Assembly: GCA_944381325.1 (NCBI GenBank)
Contig: CALWKS010000004.1
Coordinates: 85,189-149,188 of the forward strand
Source of the DNA: an uncultured Christensenellaceae bacterium
Lineage (GTDB): Bacteria > Bacillota > Clostridia > Christensenellales > UBA3700
Direction: 5' to 3'
Length of the DNA: 64,000 nt
Part shown: positions 19,513-29,959 of the stretch, piece by piece
Numbering within the stretch: position 1 is the stretch's first letter
Layout of the letters: every line of letters begins with the position of its first letter
Program-made: the position numbers and the translations under genes
Notes under the pieces: generated by a model
What the model saw: only the letters and a program-made list of their open reading frames with translations
What the model was told of the DNA's origin: nothing
The model's database searches: none

Positions 19513-20700
19513 TCAAAGCACTCCTCTTTTTTTCAGGAAAACTTCGATTCTGTCAGTCGCCTTCTTAAGATTTTCAAGAGAATACGCATAGCTTATTCTT
19601 ATGAAGTTCTTCCCTGATTCTCCGAATGCGCCCCCGGGGACTACCGCTACTTTCTGATCAGCAAGCAGTTCTTCCGCAAACTGCTCTCCGTCAAGCCCCG
19701 TTATCTCCACGCTGGGAAATACGTAAAACGCGCCCTTAGGTTCGAAGCAGGTCAGTTTCATATCGTTTAGTCTCTTAACAAGAAATCTGCGTCTTACGTC
19801 ATACTGACTTCTCATCTCCTCGACAGCCGCAAAGTTGTCTTCAAAAGCCGTGTTGAGCGCGTTGAGCGCCGCATACTGCGCGGCTGTAGGCGCGCACATT
19901 ATAACGTACTGATGGATCTTGAGCATCTGCTTTTCAAGTTCTCTCGGCGCGCAGAAATATCCCAGTCTCCAGCCCGTCATTGCAAATGCCTTGCTGAAGC
20001 CGTTTATCAGCACGGTGCGCTCTCTCATACCGTCGAGAGAAGCTATCGAAACATGGCGCAGACCGCCGTAAGTAAGTTCAGCGTATATCTCATCGGATAT
20101 AACGATTATATCGTGCTTTTTGACTACTTTTGCAATCTCTTCCAACTGAGGCTTTGTCATAATCGCGCCGGTCGGATTGTTGGGGAAAGGCAGTATCAGC
20201 GCTTTCGTGCGCGGAGTAATGACCTTTTCAAGCGCTTCAGGAGTGAGTACGAAATTGTCTTCAGCTCTGCAGGGCGCGCCGACGGGCACGGCGTCGCAAA
20301 GCGCGACTCCGGGAGCGTAAGATACGTAAGACGGCTCAGGTATTATCACCTCGTCGCCTGCGTTTGCAAGAGTGCGCACGGCAAGATATATCGCTTCGCT
20401 TGCGCCGACTGTCATGACTATCTCGTCCTTGGGGTCGTACTCTACGCCGAACTGCAATCTGATATACTTTGAAACCGCTTCTCTCAGCTGAAGCAGTCCG
20501 CTGTTGGAGGTATATTGGGTAATGCCCTTTCTTATACTCTGTACAGCCGCTTCTCTCGCTTCCCACGGCGTAACGAAATCAGGCTCGCCCACGCCGAGAG
20601 AAATAACGTCCTTGTACATAGCCGCAACGTCAAAGAACTTTCTTATGCCCGAAGGCTTGATATTCTTTACGACGTCGCTGACGTAATTGTCGTAATTCAT
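19513..20700 (-). CDS. class I/II PLP-dependent aminotransferase (aspartate aminotransferase-like)
   Basis: 395 aa; NGFSKAFAMTGWRLGY PLP-lysine motif. Confidence 0.88.
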   Translation of the reverse strand: MNYDNYVSDVVKNIKPSGIRKFFDVAAMYKDVISLGVGEPDFVTPWEAREAAVQSIRKGITQYTSNSGLLQLREAVSKYIRLQFGVEYDPKDEIVMTVGASEAIYLAVRTLANAGDEVIIPEPSYVSYAPGVALCDAVPVGAPCRAEDNFVLTPEALEKVITPRTKALILPFPNNPTGAIMTKPQLEEIAKVVKKHDIIVISDEIYAELTYGGLRHVSIASLDGMRERTVLINGFSKAFAMTGWRLGYFCAPRELEKQMLKIHQYVIMCAPTAAQYAALNALNTAFEDNFAAVEEMRSQYDVRRRFLVKRLNDMKLTCFEPKGAFYVFPSVEITGLDGEQFAEELLADQKVAVVPGGAFGESGKNFIRISYAYSLENLKKATDRIEVFLKKRGVL

Positions 20701-21185
20701 ACTATCTCTTCTCTCTTTATCTCGTCGTGTTTTTCAAGCACAACGCCTTCAGCCTTGTATTTTTTAAGGATAAAGTGCGTAGCGGTGGAAGTAACGTCCT
20801 TAAGCACGGATAGTCTCTCTGTAACGAAACGGGAGACCTCTCTCAGGTTCTTACCCTCAACGATAACGGTAAGATCGTAGCTTCCGCTCATAAGGTATAC
20901 GTCCTTTACCTCTTCAAACTTATAGATATCGCGCGCGATAGCGTCGAAACCGTCGCGCATCTGCGGCGTAACCTTTACCTCGATAAGCGCGGTAACGGCG
21001 TCTGAATCCAGCTTCTCGGTATTGCAAAGCACGGTGTATTTTGCTATCACGCCGTCCTGTTCCATAGCTGCGATCCTGGTTTTTACTTCAGCTTCGTCAA
21101 GTCCGCTCATGGCGGCGATCTGCGCCGTGGTAAAGCGGCTGTCTTCACGAAGCAACGCGATGATCTGCTTGTCTTTCTTATCCAT
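20697..21185 (-). CDS. Lrp/AsnC family transcriptional regulator
   Basis: start at MDKKDKQIIALLRED (ATG 21185, AAGAGGTG upstream); HTH plus RAM-type C-terminal domain; 4-nt overlap with the aminotransferase gene. Confidence 0.85.
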   Translation of the reverse strand: MDKKDKQIIALLREDSRFTTAQIAAMSGLDEAEVKTRIAAMEQDGVIAKYTVLCNTEKLDSDAVTALIEVKVTPQMRDGFDAIARDIYKFEEVKDVYLMSGSYDLTVIVEGKNLREVSRFVTERLSVLKDVTSTATHFILKKYKAEGVVLEKHDEIKREEIV

Positions 21186-21195
21186 AATGCACCTC

Positions 21196-22767
21196 TTAAA
21201 TTGTTTCAAGATATTCTTCGTACGTCGTAAGTTTATCGAACGTCTTCGTGCCGTTGATTTCTATTATTCTGTTTGCGACAGTCTGCATAAGCTCCTGGTC
21301 GTGGGTTGCGAAAAGGCAGCAGCCCTTGAAGTTTATCATACCCTTGTTGAGCGCCGTGATCGCCTCGAGGTCGAGATGGTTGGTTGGCTCGTCGAGAATG
21401 AGCACGTTGCCCGCGATAAGCATTGCGCGCGCCATCATACAGCGCACCTTTTCTCCTCCGCTGAGGACTTTCGCGCTCTTCTTCACTTCGTCGCCCGAGA
21501 AAAGCATTCTGCCCAGCCAGCTTCTCAGATAACTCTCGGTATGGTCCTTGGAAAATCTGTTTATCCACTCTACGAGATTGAGGTTGCAACCGTCGAAGAA
21601 TTCATCGAAATTCTGCGGAACGTAGCTGAGTTTTACCGTCCTGCCCCATTCGAACTTGCCTGCGTCAGGCTCTTCGATGCCGTTGAGAATATCGAAAAGC
21701 ATGGATACTGACGTTGATTTGTCTGAAAGGAACGCGATTTTCTCTCCTTTCTGCACGGTGAAAGTTACGTTCTCGAAAAATCCTTTCTTGGTAAGTCCCT
21801 CGACCTTGAGTATCTCTTTGCCGAGATCCTGATCCATTTCAAAGTTGATATAAGGATATTTTCTCATTGACGGCTTTATGTCTTCGAGAGTGAGTTTTTC
21901 AAGCTCTTTCTTTCTTGACGTAGCTTGTCTGGACTTGGAAGCGTTGGCTGAGAAGCGCGCTATGAATTCCTGCAACTCCTTGGCTCTCGCCTCTGCCTTC
22001 TTGTTGGCTTCCTTTGCCTGACGCGCAAGCAACTGGTTGGTCTCGTACCAGAAATCGTAGTTGCCCACGTACATATTTATCTGACCGTAATCCACGTCGC
22101 AGATATGCGTGCAGACCTTGTTCAGGAAGTGACGGTTGTGCGAAACGATGATGAGCGTATTCTTGAATTCCATAAGGAATTTTTCTAGCCACATTATGCT
22201 CTTTGCGTCAAGGTTGTTGGTAGGCTCGTCGAGGATAAGTATATCGGGATTGCCGAAAAGTGCCTGAGCAAGCAATATCTTGACTTTCTGCTTGCCGTCC
22301 AGTTCACTCATAAGCTTGTCGTGATATTCTTCTCCGAATTTCAGCTCGTTGAGCAAAGAAGCCGCTTCGCTTTCAGCTTCCCAGCCGCCGAGTTCCGCGA
22401 ATTCGTTTTCAAGCTCTGAAGCGCGGATTCCGTCAGCTTCGGTAAAATCCTCTTTGCTGTAAAGCGCGTCTTTTTCATCCATTATGTCGACGAGGCGCTT
22501 GTGTCCGAGAAGCACCGTGCGCATTACCGTGCAGTCGTCAAAGTCGTTCTGATTCTGATGAAGGACGCTTATACGCTGTCCCTTGCCGATAGAAACCGTT
22601 CCGCGCGTGGGCTCCAGTTCTCCTGAAAGCACTTTGAGGAAAGTCGACTTTCCCGCTCCGTTTGCGCCGATCACGCCGTAGCAGTTTCCGTCGGTAAATT
22701 TGAGGTTTACGTCCTCAAAGAGTTTTCTTCCGCCGAACTGCAAAAATAAATCCGTTACCTGTATCAT
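21196..22767 (-). CDS. ABC-F family ATPase (YbiT-type)
   Basis: 523 aa; two ABC cassettes (GANGAGKST; LSGGEK), no membrane domain; collinear with E. coli YbiT as recalled. Confidence 0.88.
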   Translation of the reverse strand: MIQVTDLFLQFGGRKLFEDVNLKFTDGNCYGVIGANGAGKSTFLKVLSGELEPTRGTVSIGKGQRISVLHQNQNDFDDCTVMRTVLLGHKRLVDIMDEKDALYSKEDFTEADGIRASELENEFAELGGWEAESEAASLLNELKFGEEYHDKLMSELDGKQKVKILLAQALFGNPDILILDEPTNNLDAKSIMWLEKFLMEFKNTLIIVSHNRHFLNKVCTHICDVDYGQINMYVGNYDFWYETNQLLARQAKEANKKAEARAKELQEFIARFSANASKSRQATSRKKELEKLTLEDIKPSMRKYPYINFEMDQDLGKEILKVEGLTKKGFFENVTFTVQKGEKIAFLSDKSTSVSMLFDILNGIEEPDAGKFEWGRTVKLSYVPQNFDEFFDGCNLNLVEWINRFSKDHTESYLRSWLGRMLFSGDEVKKSAKVLSGGEKVRCMMARAMLIAGNVLILDEPTNHLDLEAITALNKGMINFKGCCLFATHDQELMQTVANRIIEINGTKTFDKLTTYEEYLETI

Positions 22768-22778
22768 TTTGTCTCCTC

Positions 22779-23285
22779 TTAAAGGTTATTTTCACTTTCA
22801 ATCATACTGCCGAGTCTTATTACGGCTTTTTTATAAGTCAGAAAACTTACATTCATGCTTCTGGGCACAAAGAAAGCCAGTTTCACCTCTTCAGTCGTAC
22901 CCGCAGCGATTTCTTTCTTTTCAGTGTCTATCGTCGTATCATCCGATGTCCTCAGCGTCAAAGGAGAAACTCCGTCAAGCTCGAAGTCAAAAGGATCGAG
23001 AGTAAAATCCTTTTCTGCCTGTACTTCGAGAGTTATTATCGCGTAGACGTTTTCCATAGCCGCAAGTCTCTCTATCTTTATGTCTTTGACCGTAACAACT
23101 GCTTTGCCCGCGTCGTAAGGCTGTCCTATATCCAGATTTACCTTTTCTTCACAGCTCTTCACGCAAAGCGCGGTGATTATCACTGCGGCGATAACAAGCA
23201 CCGTAAGCACGACAAGCCCTGCAAAGCGAAGTCTTTTCTTTTTCTTTACAGCCAGCTCGGCCGCCGATCTCTGTTCAGATTTCAT
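22779..23285 (-). CDS. membrane-anchored beta-sandwich protein (DUF4352-like), hypothetical
   Basis: 168 aa; single N-terminal TM helix then beta-rich domain. Confidence 0.4.
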   Translation of the reverse strand: MKSEQRSAAELAVKKKKRLRFAGLVVLTVLVIAAVIITALCVKSCEEKVNLDIGQPYDAGKAVVTVKDIKIERLAAMENVYAIITLEVQAEKDFTLDPFDFELDGVSPLTLRTSDDTTIDTEKKEIAAGTTEEVKLAFFVPRSMNVSFLTYKKAVIRLGSMIESENNL

Positions 23286-24549
23286 TTTTTATCCTCTCTG
23301 CCGCGGCATTGCACTTTTCAAGCAATGCACCGTATTCTTCTCCGTAAGTCAGTTCTCCGTTTTCGTATACGATCCTGCCGCCTGAAATCGTCATGACAAC
23401 GTTCTGTCTGCCGCCTGCGTATACCAGGTTTGAGCGTATATCCGTGACAGGCTGCATATTTGGAGCGCTCATATCGATAACCGCCATATCCGCAAGCGCG
23501 CCGATATAAAGTCCGTCCGCTTTTTCAAGACCGAAAGCCTTGCCGCTTACCGCGCAGTCGTACATTCTCTCTGCGCTGACGGCTACCGCGTCGCTGAGGA
23601 GATATTTCTGAAGCACGGTTGCAAGATAGGTTTCTCTGAACATATCGAGAGCGTTATTGCTTGCCGCTCCGTCAGTGCCTATGCTCAGCTCTACGCCTCC
23701 GTCCAGAATTTTTTTCAGTGGAGCGATTCCGCTGGCAAGCTTGAGATTGCTGCACGGACAGCTTACCGCGCCGACCCCCAGTTTTTTCATTATCCTTATA
23801 TCCTCGTCGTCCACGTGAACGCAATGGAAGCCCGTGCCACCGAGATCGAATATTCCCTTTTCCGCCAGATACTTGACGGGAGATACGCCGTACTGCTCTT
23901 TGCAGGAAGCGACCTCTTCAGCCGTCTCCGAAAGATGAGTCATTACCGGAAGGGAAAATTTCTTTGACAAGTCGGAAACGGCTCTCAGCGTCTCGTCTCC
24001 GCAGGTATACTGTGCGTGCATCGCAAGAGCGTATTTCACCCTGCTCATCTTGTCGATTTTTGATTTGAGCTCTTCCGCACGGCGGGTTATATCGTCGTAA
24101 CCGCCATCAAAATCGAATATGCCGCTGCCGATATACGCGCCGAAGCCCGTATCTTCGAAAGCCTGAGCCACGGCTTCTGTATGCCCGTACATCTCACAAC
24201 AGAATGTCGTGCCGCCCATGTAATACTCTGCGACCGCAAGGCGGGTGAAGTAATAACAATCTTCGTCCGTCAACCTACCTTCTGCGGGAAAGACCTGTTT
24301 ATAAAGCCAGTCTTTAAGCAGCATATTTTCCGCGCGCGAACGCAAAAAGGTCATCGGCGAATGAGTATGCGCGTTTTTGAAAGACGGCACCAAGAGATTG
24401 CCGTGAAGGTCGATCTCTCTGTCCCAGTCCTGCCAGTCAAGCGTGGATACGGGTGAAAGATACACTATCCTGTCGCCTTCTGTACGAAGTTCTCCGTCGA
24501 TTATTCCGTCTTTTGTCAGTATTTTAGCGTTATAAATCCTGAGTTTCAT
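23275..24549 (-). CDS. mtaD: amidohydrolase, 5-methylthioadenosine/S-adenosylhomocysteine deaminase-like
   Basis: 424 aa; FKNAHTHSPMTFLR metal-binding motif and overall MtaD-like layout. Confidence 0.8.
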   Translation of the reverse strand: MKLRIYNAKILTKDGIIDGELRTEGDRIVYLSPVSTLDWQDWDREIDLHGNLLVPSFKNAHTHSPMTFLRSRAENMLLKDWLYKQVFPAEGRLTDEDCYYFTRLAVAEYYMGGTTFCCEMYGHTEAVAQAFEDTGFGAYIGSGIFDFDGGYDDITRRAEELKSKIDKMSRVKYALAMHAQYTCGDETLRAVSDLSKKFSLPVMTHLSETAEEVASCKEQYGVSPVKYLAEKGIFDLGGTGFHCVHVDDEDIRIMKKLGVGAVSCPCSNLKLASGIAPLKKILDGGVELSIGTDGAASNNALDMFRETYLATVLQKYLLSDAVAVSAERMYDCAVSGKAFGLEKADGLYIGALADMAVIDMSAPNMQPVTDIRSNLVYAGGRQNVVMTISGGRIVYENGELTYGEEYGALLEKCNAAAERIKNEI

Positions 24550-24643
24550 ATTTCACCGATGCTTTGAAATAAATATCCTCTGCGCCGTGTTTTAAGCGGC
24601 GCATCGGATTTAATTTTTGCCGTATGTGTGCGTTAAGAGCGTT

Positions 24644-25462
24644 TTACTTGTTTGAAGCCAGTTCTACGAATTCTCTTATCAGGCTGCTCATCTTACCGAC
24701 GACTGCGCGGCTTTCTGCCTGAACGTCGAGGTGGCTGAGTTTTTCATTGCCGAGACCTGCCGCCTTGTTGCTGATAAACGAAAGTCCCAGAACTTTTATG
24801 CCCATATGCACAGCCGCGATCGTCTCAATCGCCGTACTCATGCCCACGGCGTCTGCGCCCATTGCTCTTGCCATGCGTATTTCCGCAGGAGTTTCGAAGC
24901 TGGGACCCGTAAACTGGATATATACGCCCTCTTTGAGATCGAGACCCACCTTTTCAGCCGCAACGCGCGCCATCTCTCTCAGAGTGGGGTCGTACGCTTC
25001 GCTCATATCGGGGAATCTGTCGCCGTAAGAAGGATCGTTCCTGCCGATAAGCGGATTGGGCACAAGAGAGATATGATCGGATATCATCATTATGTCGCCC
25101 GTATTCAGGTCTTCTCTTATTCCGCCTGCGGCGTTTGTAAGCACAAGCGCTTTTACGCCCATGCGTATCATCAGTCTTATAGGCATTACCGCTTCCTGAG
25201 GGGTGTAGCCTTCATAATAATGCACTCTGCCCTGCATTATAACGACGGGAACGCGGTTGATGTATCCGAATACGAATCTGCCGCTGTGTCCATCAACCGT
25301 AGAGGTGGGCATGCCCTGAATGTTTTCAAAAGGCACGCTGTAAACGCTCTCGATGTTTTCGGCGATATCGCCAAGTCCGCTGCCGAGGACAAGACCTATC
25401 TGAGGCTTGAAGTCAACTCTGTTGCGCAGGCTGGCGTACGCTCTTTCTATTCTCTTCCACAT
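24644..25462 (-). CDS. punA: purine nucleoside phosphorylase (trimeric PNP family)
   Basis: 272 aa; GLVLGSGLG, GHSGRFVFG, TNAAGG, GPSFETPAE motifs. Confidence 0.9.
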   Translation of the reverse strand: MWKRIERAYASLRNRVDFKPQIGLVLGSGLGDIAENIESVYSVPFENIQGMPTSTVDGHSGRFVFGYINRVPVVIMQGRVHYYEGYTPQEAVMPIRLMIRMGVKALVLTNAAGGIREDLNTGDIMMISDHISLVPNPLIGRNDPSYGDRFPDMSEAYDPTLREMARVAAEKVGLDLKEGVYIQFTGPSFETPAEIRMARAMGADAVGMSTAIETIAAVHMGIKVLGLSFISNKAAGLGNEKLSHLDVQAESRAVVGKMSSLIREFVELASNK

Positions 25463-25469
25463 AAGCGTC

Positions 25470-26060
25470 TCACTTGGTAAAGACTCTCGAACCCGGCTTT
25501 ACAAGTTCGATCTTGCCCTCTTTGCACAGCGGACAATCGTCAGGCTCGTAAGAAATAATATCCATGCTGATAAGGTTTACGAACTTAACGCCGAAGTCCA
25601 CCTTGCCGTTGCTTCTGTCAACGAGAGAAGCAACCGCGATTACTTCGCCGCCCGCTTCCTTGACGAGAGCGATGACCTCTTTTACAGAGCCGCCGGTAGT
25701 AACGACGTCTTCGCATACCACGAACTTCGTGCCCTTTTCAATGGTAAAGCCGCGGCGCAGAGTCATAACGCCGTTTTCGCGCTCGGCAAAGATGTTGGGT
25801 TTGCCAAGCTGTCTTGCGACTTCGTATCCCATAAGGATGCCGCCGATCGCGGGAGATATGACCACGTCGACCTCAACGCCCGCTTCGGTAAGTTTTTCTG
25901 CAAGCGCCTTGCAGAGAGTTTCGCTCGCCTTGGGATCGACGAAAACCTTTGCGCTCTGCATATAAGTGTCCGAATGTCTGCCGGACGTAAGTCTGAAATG
26001 CCCTTTGAGTATCGCGCCTGTGCTGCGGTAAACTTCAAGTGCCTGCTGTGTAGTCATCAT
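25470..26060 (-). CDS. pyrE: orotate phosphoribosyltransferase
   Basis: 196 aa; PRPP motif [12 protein letters not shown]; last gene of the pyr cluster. Confidence 0.92.
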   Translation of the reverse strand: MMTTQQALEVYRSTGAILKGHFRLTSGRHSDTYMQSAKVFVDPKASETLCKALAEKLTEAGVEVDVVISPAIGGILMGYEVARQLGKPNIFAERENGVMTLRRGFTIEKGTKFVVCEDVVTTGGSVKEVIALVKEAGGEVIAVASLVDRSNGKVDFGVKFVNLISMDIISYEPDDCPLCKEGKIELVKPGSRVFTK

Positions 26061-26122
26061 ATAAGTAATCCTCCGATTTATGTTTATGTTTGTATTATTT
26101 TTTCCTGCCCGTGTCGTTAAAA

Positions 26123-27031
26123 CTAATTTAGTATCAGCGTGCCGACAAGGTCATTTATATCCATACCGTTTTCTTCAACGTACTTTTCAAGATCCCTTGC
26201 TATATCGTAAGCCGCAGTGGGATCTGTGAAGTTGGCTGTACCCACCTGCACCGCGCGCGCTCCGCATATCATGAACTCGAGCACGTCGGTATATTTCGTT
26301 ATGCCGCCAAGTCCAATGATCGGAATCTTCACTGCATTGAAGCATTCCCATACCATCTTGAGCGCAACGGGCTTTACGCAAGGACCTGAAAGTCCGCCGT
26401 TGTTATTTGCAAGTACGGGACGTCTCGTCTTATAGTTGACCGCCATACCCGATAAGGTGTTTATAAGCGATACGGCGTCAGCTCCACCCGCTTCAGCCGC
26501 TCTCGCGTTGTCGGCTATACAGCTTACGTTGGGAGACAGCTTTGTTATGACGGGTTTTCTGCACACGTTCTTTACTGCGCGCGTTACTTCTTCGACATTC
26601 TTGGGAAGCACGCCGAAAGCCATACCGCCCTGCTTAACGTTGGGACAGCTGATATTCAGCTCCACCATATCCGCGTTGCTGTCGTTTATCCTCTCGCCTA
26701 TCGCTATGTAATCGTCAAGCGTAGAGCCTGCAATGTTTGCGATGACCACGACATCCTCTTTTGCGAGTCTCTTGTCGTCTTCAGCGAGATAATGCTCAAT
26801 ACCCGGGTTCTGCAATCCTACGCTGTTGAGCATTCCTCCGTAAGTTTCTGCAACTCTGGGAGGAGGATTGCCCTCTCTCTTTTTGAGCGTAAGTCCCTTG
26901 GTGCATATGCCGCCCAGTGCGGAAAGCGGATAAAATTCACCGTATTCTTTACCGAAGCCGAACGTTCCGCTCGCGGTAATTATAGGATTTTTGAATTCTA
27001 CGCCTGCAATGTTTACTTTGAGATTGCTCAT
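26123..27031 (-). CDS. pyrD: dihydroorotate dehydrogenase B, catalytic subunit
   Basis: 302 aa class 1B DHODH; paired with pyrK. Confidence 0.93.
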   Translation of the reverse strand: MSNLKVNIAGVEFKNPIITASGTFGFGKEYGEFYPLSALGGICTKGLTLKKREGNPPPRVAETYGGMLNSVGLQNPGIEHYLAEDDKRLAKEDVVVIANIAGSTLDDYIAIGERINDSNADMVELNISCPNVKQGGMAFGVLPKNVEEVTRAVKNVCRKPVITKLSPNVSCIADNARAAEAGGADAVSLINTLSGMAVNYKTRRPVLANNNGGLSGPCVKPVALKMVWECFNAVKIPIIGLGGITKYTDVLEFMICGARAVQVGTANFTDPTAAYDIARDLEKYVEENGMDINDLVGTLILN

Positions 27032-27792
27032 AATACCACCTCGTCAAGAAGAAATACGGGGCCGTCCTTGCACACTCTCACATAGCCCTCTCCGTCTGCG
27101 CGCTTTACCTTGCAGTTGCACACGAGGCAAGCGCCTATGCCGCAACCCATGCGCTGTTCAAGCGAAACGTAAACGGGAATGCCGCTGCCGTCGAAGCACT
27201 TTCTTATAGCCTTATACATCACTTCAGGTCCGCATACAAGAATCTCGTCAGGTTTCAACACGTCCGCCGCTTCTCTCGCAACTGTCGTTACGAAGCCTTT
27301 TTTGCCGTAACTGCCGTCGTCTGTAGCCACGGTAACCGAAGCGCACTTTTCTCCGAGTTCCTTTTCAAGCACGACTTTGCCCTTGTTGGCAAAACCTATG
27401 AAAGCGTGAAATTCTTTGCCCGGATTTGCCGTTACGACTGCGGGAAGCACCGCCGTGCCCATACCTCCGCCAATAAGCATGATCTTGTTGCCCTTGGGCA
27501 CGTAACCGTTGCCCAGAGGTAAAAGCACGTTCAGCTTTTCGCCTGCCTTTACGCCTGAAAGCACCTTTGTTCCCTCGCCCACTACCGCGTAGCAGACGTC
27601 TGCCGTCTTATTCTCTTTATCGAAATCGCAGATACAGAACGGGCGTCTCAGCACCTTGCTGGGATCGGGCAGTTTTATATCGAGAAACTGCGCGCCCTTT
27701 ATCTCTTCGATATCGTCGAAGGCAATCGTCATAGACCATATTCCGTCCGCGACGGGTACGTTTTTAACTACGGTTGCAATTCTGTCTTTCAT
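27028..27792 (-). CDS. pyrK: dihydroorotate dehydrogenase B, electron-transfer subunit
   Basis: 254 aa FNR-like; C-terminal 2Fe-2S cysteines CGIGACLVCNC...C. Confidence 0.92.
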   Translation of the reverse strand: MKDRIATVVKNVPVADGIWSMTIAFDDIEEIKGAQFLDIKLPDPSKVLRRPFCICDFDKENKTADVCYAVVGEGTKVLSGVKAGEKLNVLLPLGNGYVPKGNKIMLIGGGMGTAVLPAVVTANPGKEFHAFIGFANKGKVVLEKELGEKCASVTVATDDGSYGKKGFVTTVAREAADVLKPDEILVCGPEVMYKAIRKCFDGSGIPVYVSLEQRMGCGIGACLVCNCKVKRADGEGYVRVCKDGPVFLLDEVVL

Positions 27793-28694
27793 CTGATATA
27801 CCTTGTCAAATCCTTCTGCATATCTATAGCCGCCTTAAGCGCCGCGTCCTTGTAATTGAGACCTGCATACTGCTCTTTCTTGTATGCGCACAGTATGCCG
27901 CGGGACGAGTTGACGATGCCGCCGATGCCGTCCTTGAAGCATACCGCAAGATCTTCAGCCTTGCCGCCCTGAGCGCCGTATCCCGGAATCAGGAAGAACA
28001 GATGCGGATGAGCGGCTCTTATTCTTGCAGCCTGCTCTTTGTGCGTAGCGCCTACTACAGCGCCGACAGAAGAATATCCGTATTTGCCGATAAGGTTTTT
28101 GCCCCAGTCGTCTACAAGGTCTGCCATAGCGTCGTAAAGTGTTGCTTTATCGCCGAGAGCCTTGTCCTGAAGCTCGCCGCTCGCAGGATTGGACGTCTTG
28201 ACGAGAACGAATATACCCTTGTCGTTTTTCTCGCAGTCAGCAACAAAGGGCTTTATGCCGTCGCTGCCGAGATATCCGTTTACGGTAACGAAATCGCTCT
28301 CGAAAGGCGTAACTTTCACGCCGTTTGCAAGCTCAGTCGCACCGATGTATGCCTTGCTGTAAGCCGCCGCGGTGCTGCCTATGTCGTTGCGCTTTATATC
28401 CGCAATTGCCATAAGACCGTTGGCGCGCGCGTAAGCGAGAGTGTCTTTGAATGCGCGCATACCTGCAACGCCGTACATCTCGTAGTAAGCAACCTGCACT
28501 TTTACCGCAGGAATGACGTCCTTGAGCACGTCGATAAGATCGAAGTTGAACTTCGTGATATAGTTTGCCGCGTCGTCGAGGGTCAGGCACTTTTCCTTCA
28601 TCTCGTCGGGAAGGTAGTCCACGCAGGTGTCCAGACCTATTACGGACGGGTTGTCCGTCCTCTTTATTGCGTCGATGAGTTTGTCGATTATCAT
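27789..28694 (-). CDS. pyrF: orotidine 5'-phosphate decarboxylase (long, type 2)
   Basis: 301 aa; IADIKRNDIGST motif. Confidence 0.9.
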   Translation of the reverse strand: MIIDKLIDAIKRTDNPSVIGLDTCVDYLPDEMKEKCLTLDDAANYITKFNFDLIDVLKDVIPAVKVQVAYYEMYGVAGMRAFKDTLAYARANGLMAIADIKRNDIGSTAAAYSKAYIGATELANGVKVTPFESDFVTVNGYLGSDGIKPFVADCEKNDKGIFVLVKTSNPASGELQDKALGDKATLYDAMADLVDDWGKNLIGKYGYSSVGAVVGATHKEQAARIRAAHPHLFFLIPGYGAQGGKAEDLAVCFKDGIGGIVNSSRGILCAYKKEQYAGLNYKDAALKAAIDMQKDLTRYIR

Positions 28695-28695
28695 A

Positions 28696-29958
28696 TTACA
28701 CCGCCTTGTATTTTATCTTTCCGTCCACGAGAGTGTAGTAAACTTTGCCGTAAACCTCTCTGCCGTGGAAGGGAGTGTTCTTGCCTTTGGAGAAGAATTT
28801 GTTTTTGTCTATCGTATACTTTTCGTCGAGATTGGCAAGCGTAACGTCAGCCAGCGCGCCCTCTTCAAGCTTTCCGCATTCGACGTTCACAAGCGAAGCG
28901 GGGTTTGCCGTCATAAGTTCGCTGAGCTTTTCAAGGGTTATCTCGCCGCTCTTTACCAGCGTGGTATAAGAAAGAGCGAAAGACGTTTCTATACCGCTTA
29001 TTCCGTTTGCCGCACCGATGAAACCGCCCTCTTTCTCGTGCTTTGCGTGAGGAGCGTGGTCTGTAACTATCGCGTCGACCGTGCCGTCCTTAATCGCTTC
29101 GATCATCGCCAGTCTGTCGCTTTCCTCTCTGAGAGGAGGATTTACCTTTGCGTTGGCGTCGTTGTATCTGCACAGCTCGTCGGTAGCCGCGAAGTAGTGC
29201 GGGCAGGTCTCGCAGGTAACTTTTACTCCGCGCGCCTTGGCTTCTCTGATAAGCTGAGCGCTTCCCTTAGTGCTTATATGCGCGATATGCACGCGCGCAC
29301 CGAGAGTTTCTGCAAGCACGATATCGCGCGCGACCATGACTTCTTCGCTTGCTCTCGTGATACCTTTAAGTCCTGTGAGCGTGGATATATATCCTTCGTT
29401 CATAACGCCGTCGTTGACAAGCGACAGGTCTTCGCAGTGGCTTATGACAAGCATATCGAAGCCGCCTGCATATTCAAGAGCTATACGCATAAGCTGAGCG
29501 CTTTCTACAGGTCTGCCGTCGTCTGAAAAAGCGACCGCGCCCGCTTCTTTGAGCTTGCCCATCTCGGTGATCGTTTCGCCCTTTTCGCCTACGCTTACCG
29601 CCGCTATCGGATAAACCTTTGCACGGTCTACTTCTCTCGCCCTGTCTTTTATATATCTGACGATGTATTTATTGTCCGTTACCGGCTTTGTGTTGGGCAT
29701 ACAGCATACGGCTGAAAAACCGCCTGCGACAGCCGCTCTCGTGCCGCTCTCGATATCTTCTTTGTATTCGAATCCCGGCTCGCGCAGATGAACGTGCATA
29801 TCCACGAATGCGGGAAGCGCCGTAAGCCCGTCAGCCTCTATGACCTGACAGCCGTCAGCCGCGATATTTTCAGCGATCTTCTCTATTCTGTCTCCGCTGA
29901 TAAGTATGTCCTTTTTCTTGCCGCCGACCATAGCGGATTTTATAAGCAGTTTTTTCAT
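28696..29958 (-). CDS. pyrC: dihydroorotase
   Basis: 420 aa; FVDMHVHLREPG motif. Confidence 0.93.
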   Translation of the reverse strand: MKKLLIKSAMVGGKKKDILISGDRIEKIAENIAADGCQVIEADGLTALPAFVDMHVHLREPGFEYKEDIESGTRAAVAGGFSAVCCMPNTKPVTDNKYIVRYIKDRAREVDRAKVYPIAAVSVGEKGETITEMGKLKEAGAVAFSDDGRPVESAQLMRIALEYAGGFDMLVISHCEDLSLVNDGVMNEGYISTLTGLKGITRASEEVMVARDIVLAETLGARVHIAHISTKGSAQLIREAKARGVKVTCETCPHYFAATDELCRYNDANAKVNPPLREESDRLAMIEAIKDGTVDAIVTDHAPHAKHEKEGGFIGAANGISGIETSFALSYTTLVKSGEITLEKLSELMTANPASLVNVECGKLEEGALADVTLANLDEKYTIDKNKFFSKGKNTPFHGREVYGKVYYTLVDGKIKYKAV

Positions 29959-29959
29959 A

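Noticed and set aside
26105-26121. Near-identical 17/18-nt motif CTGCCCGTGT(T)CGTTAAA at 26105..26121 and 43403..43420
   Set aside because: There are only two copies, in unrelated contexts (the pyrD-pyrE spacer and the dnaI 3' flank). A single 17-mer coincidence with one indel is roughly what is expected by chance in 64 kb across both strands. No associated structure was found.
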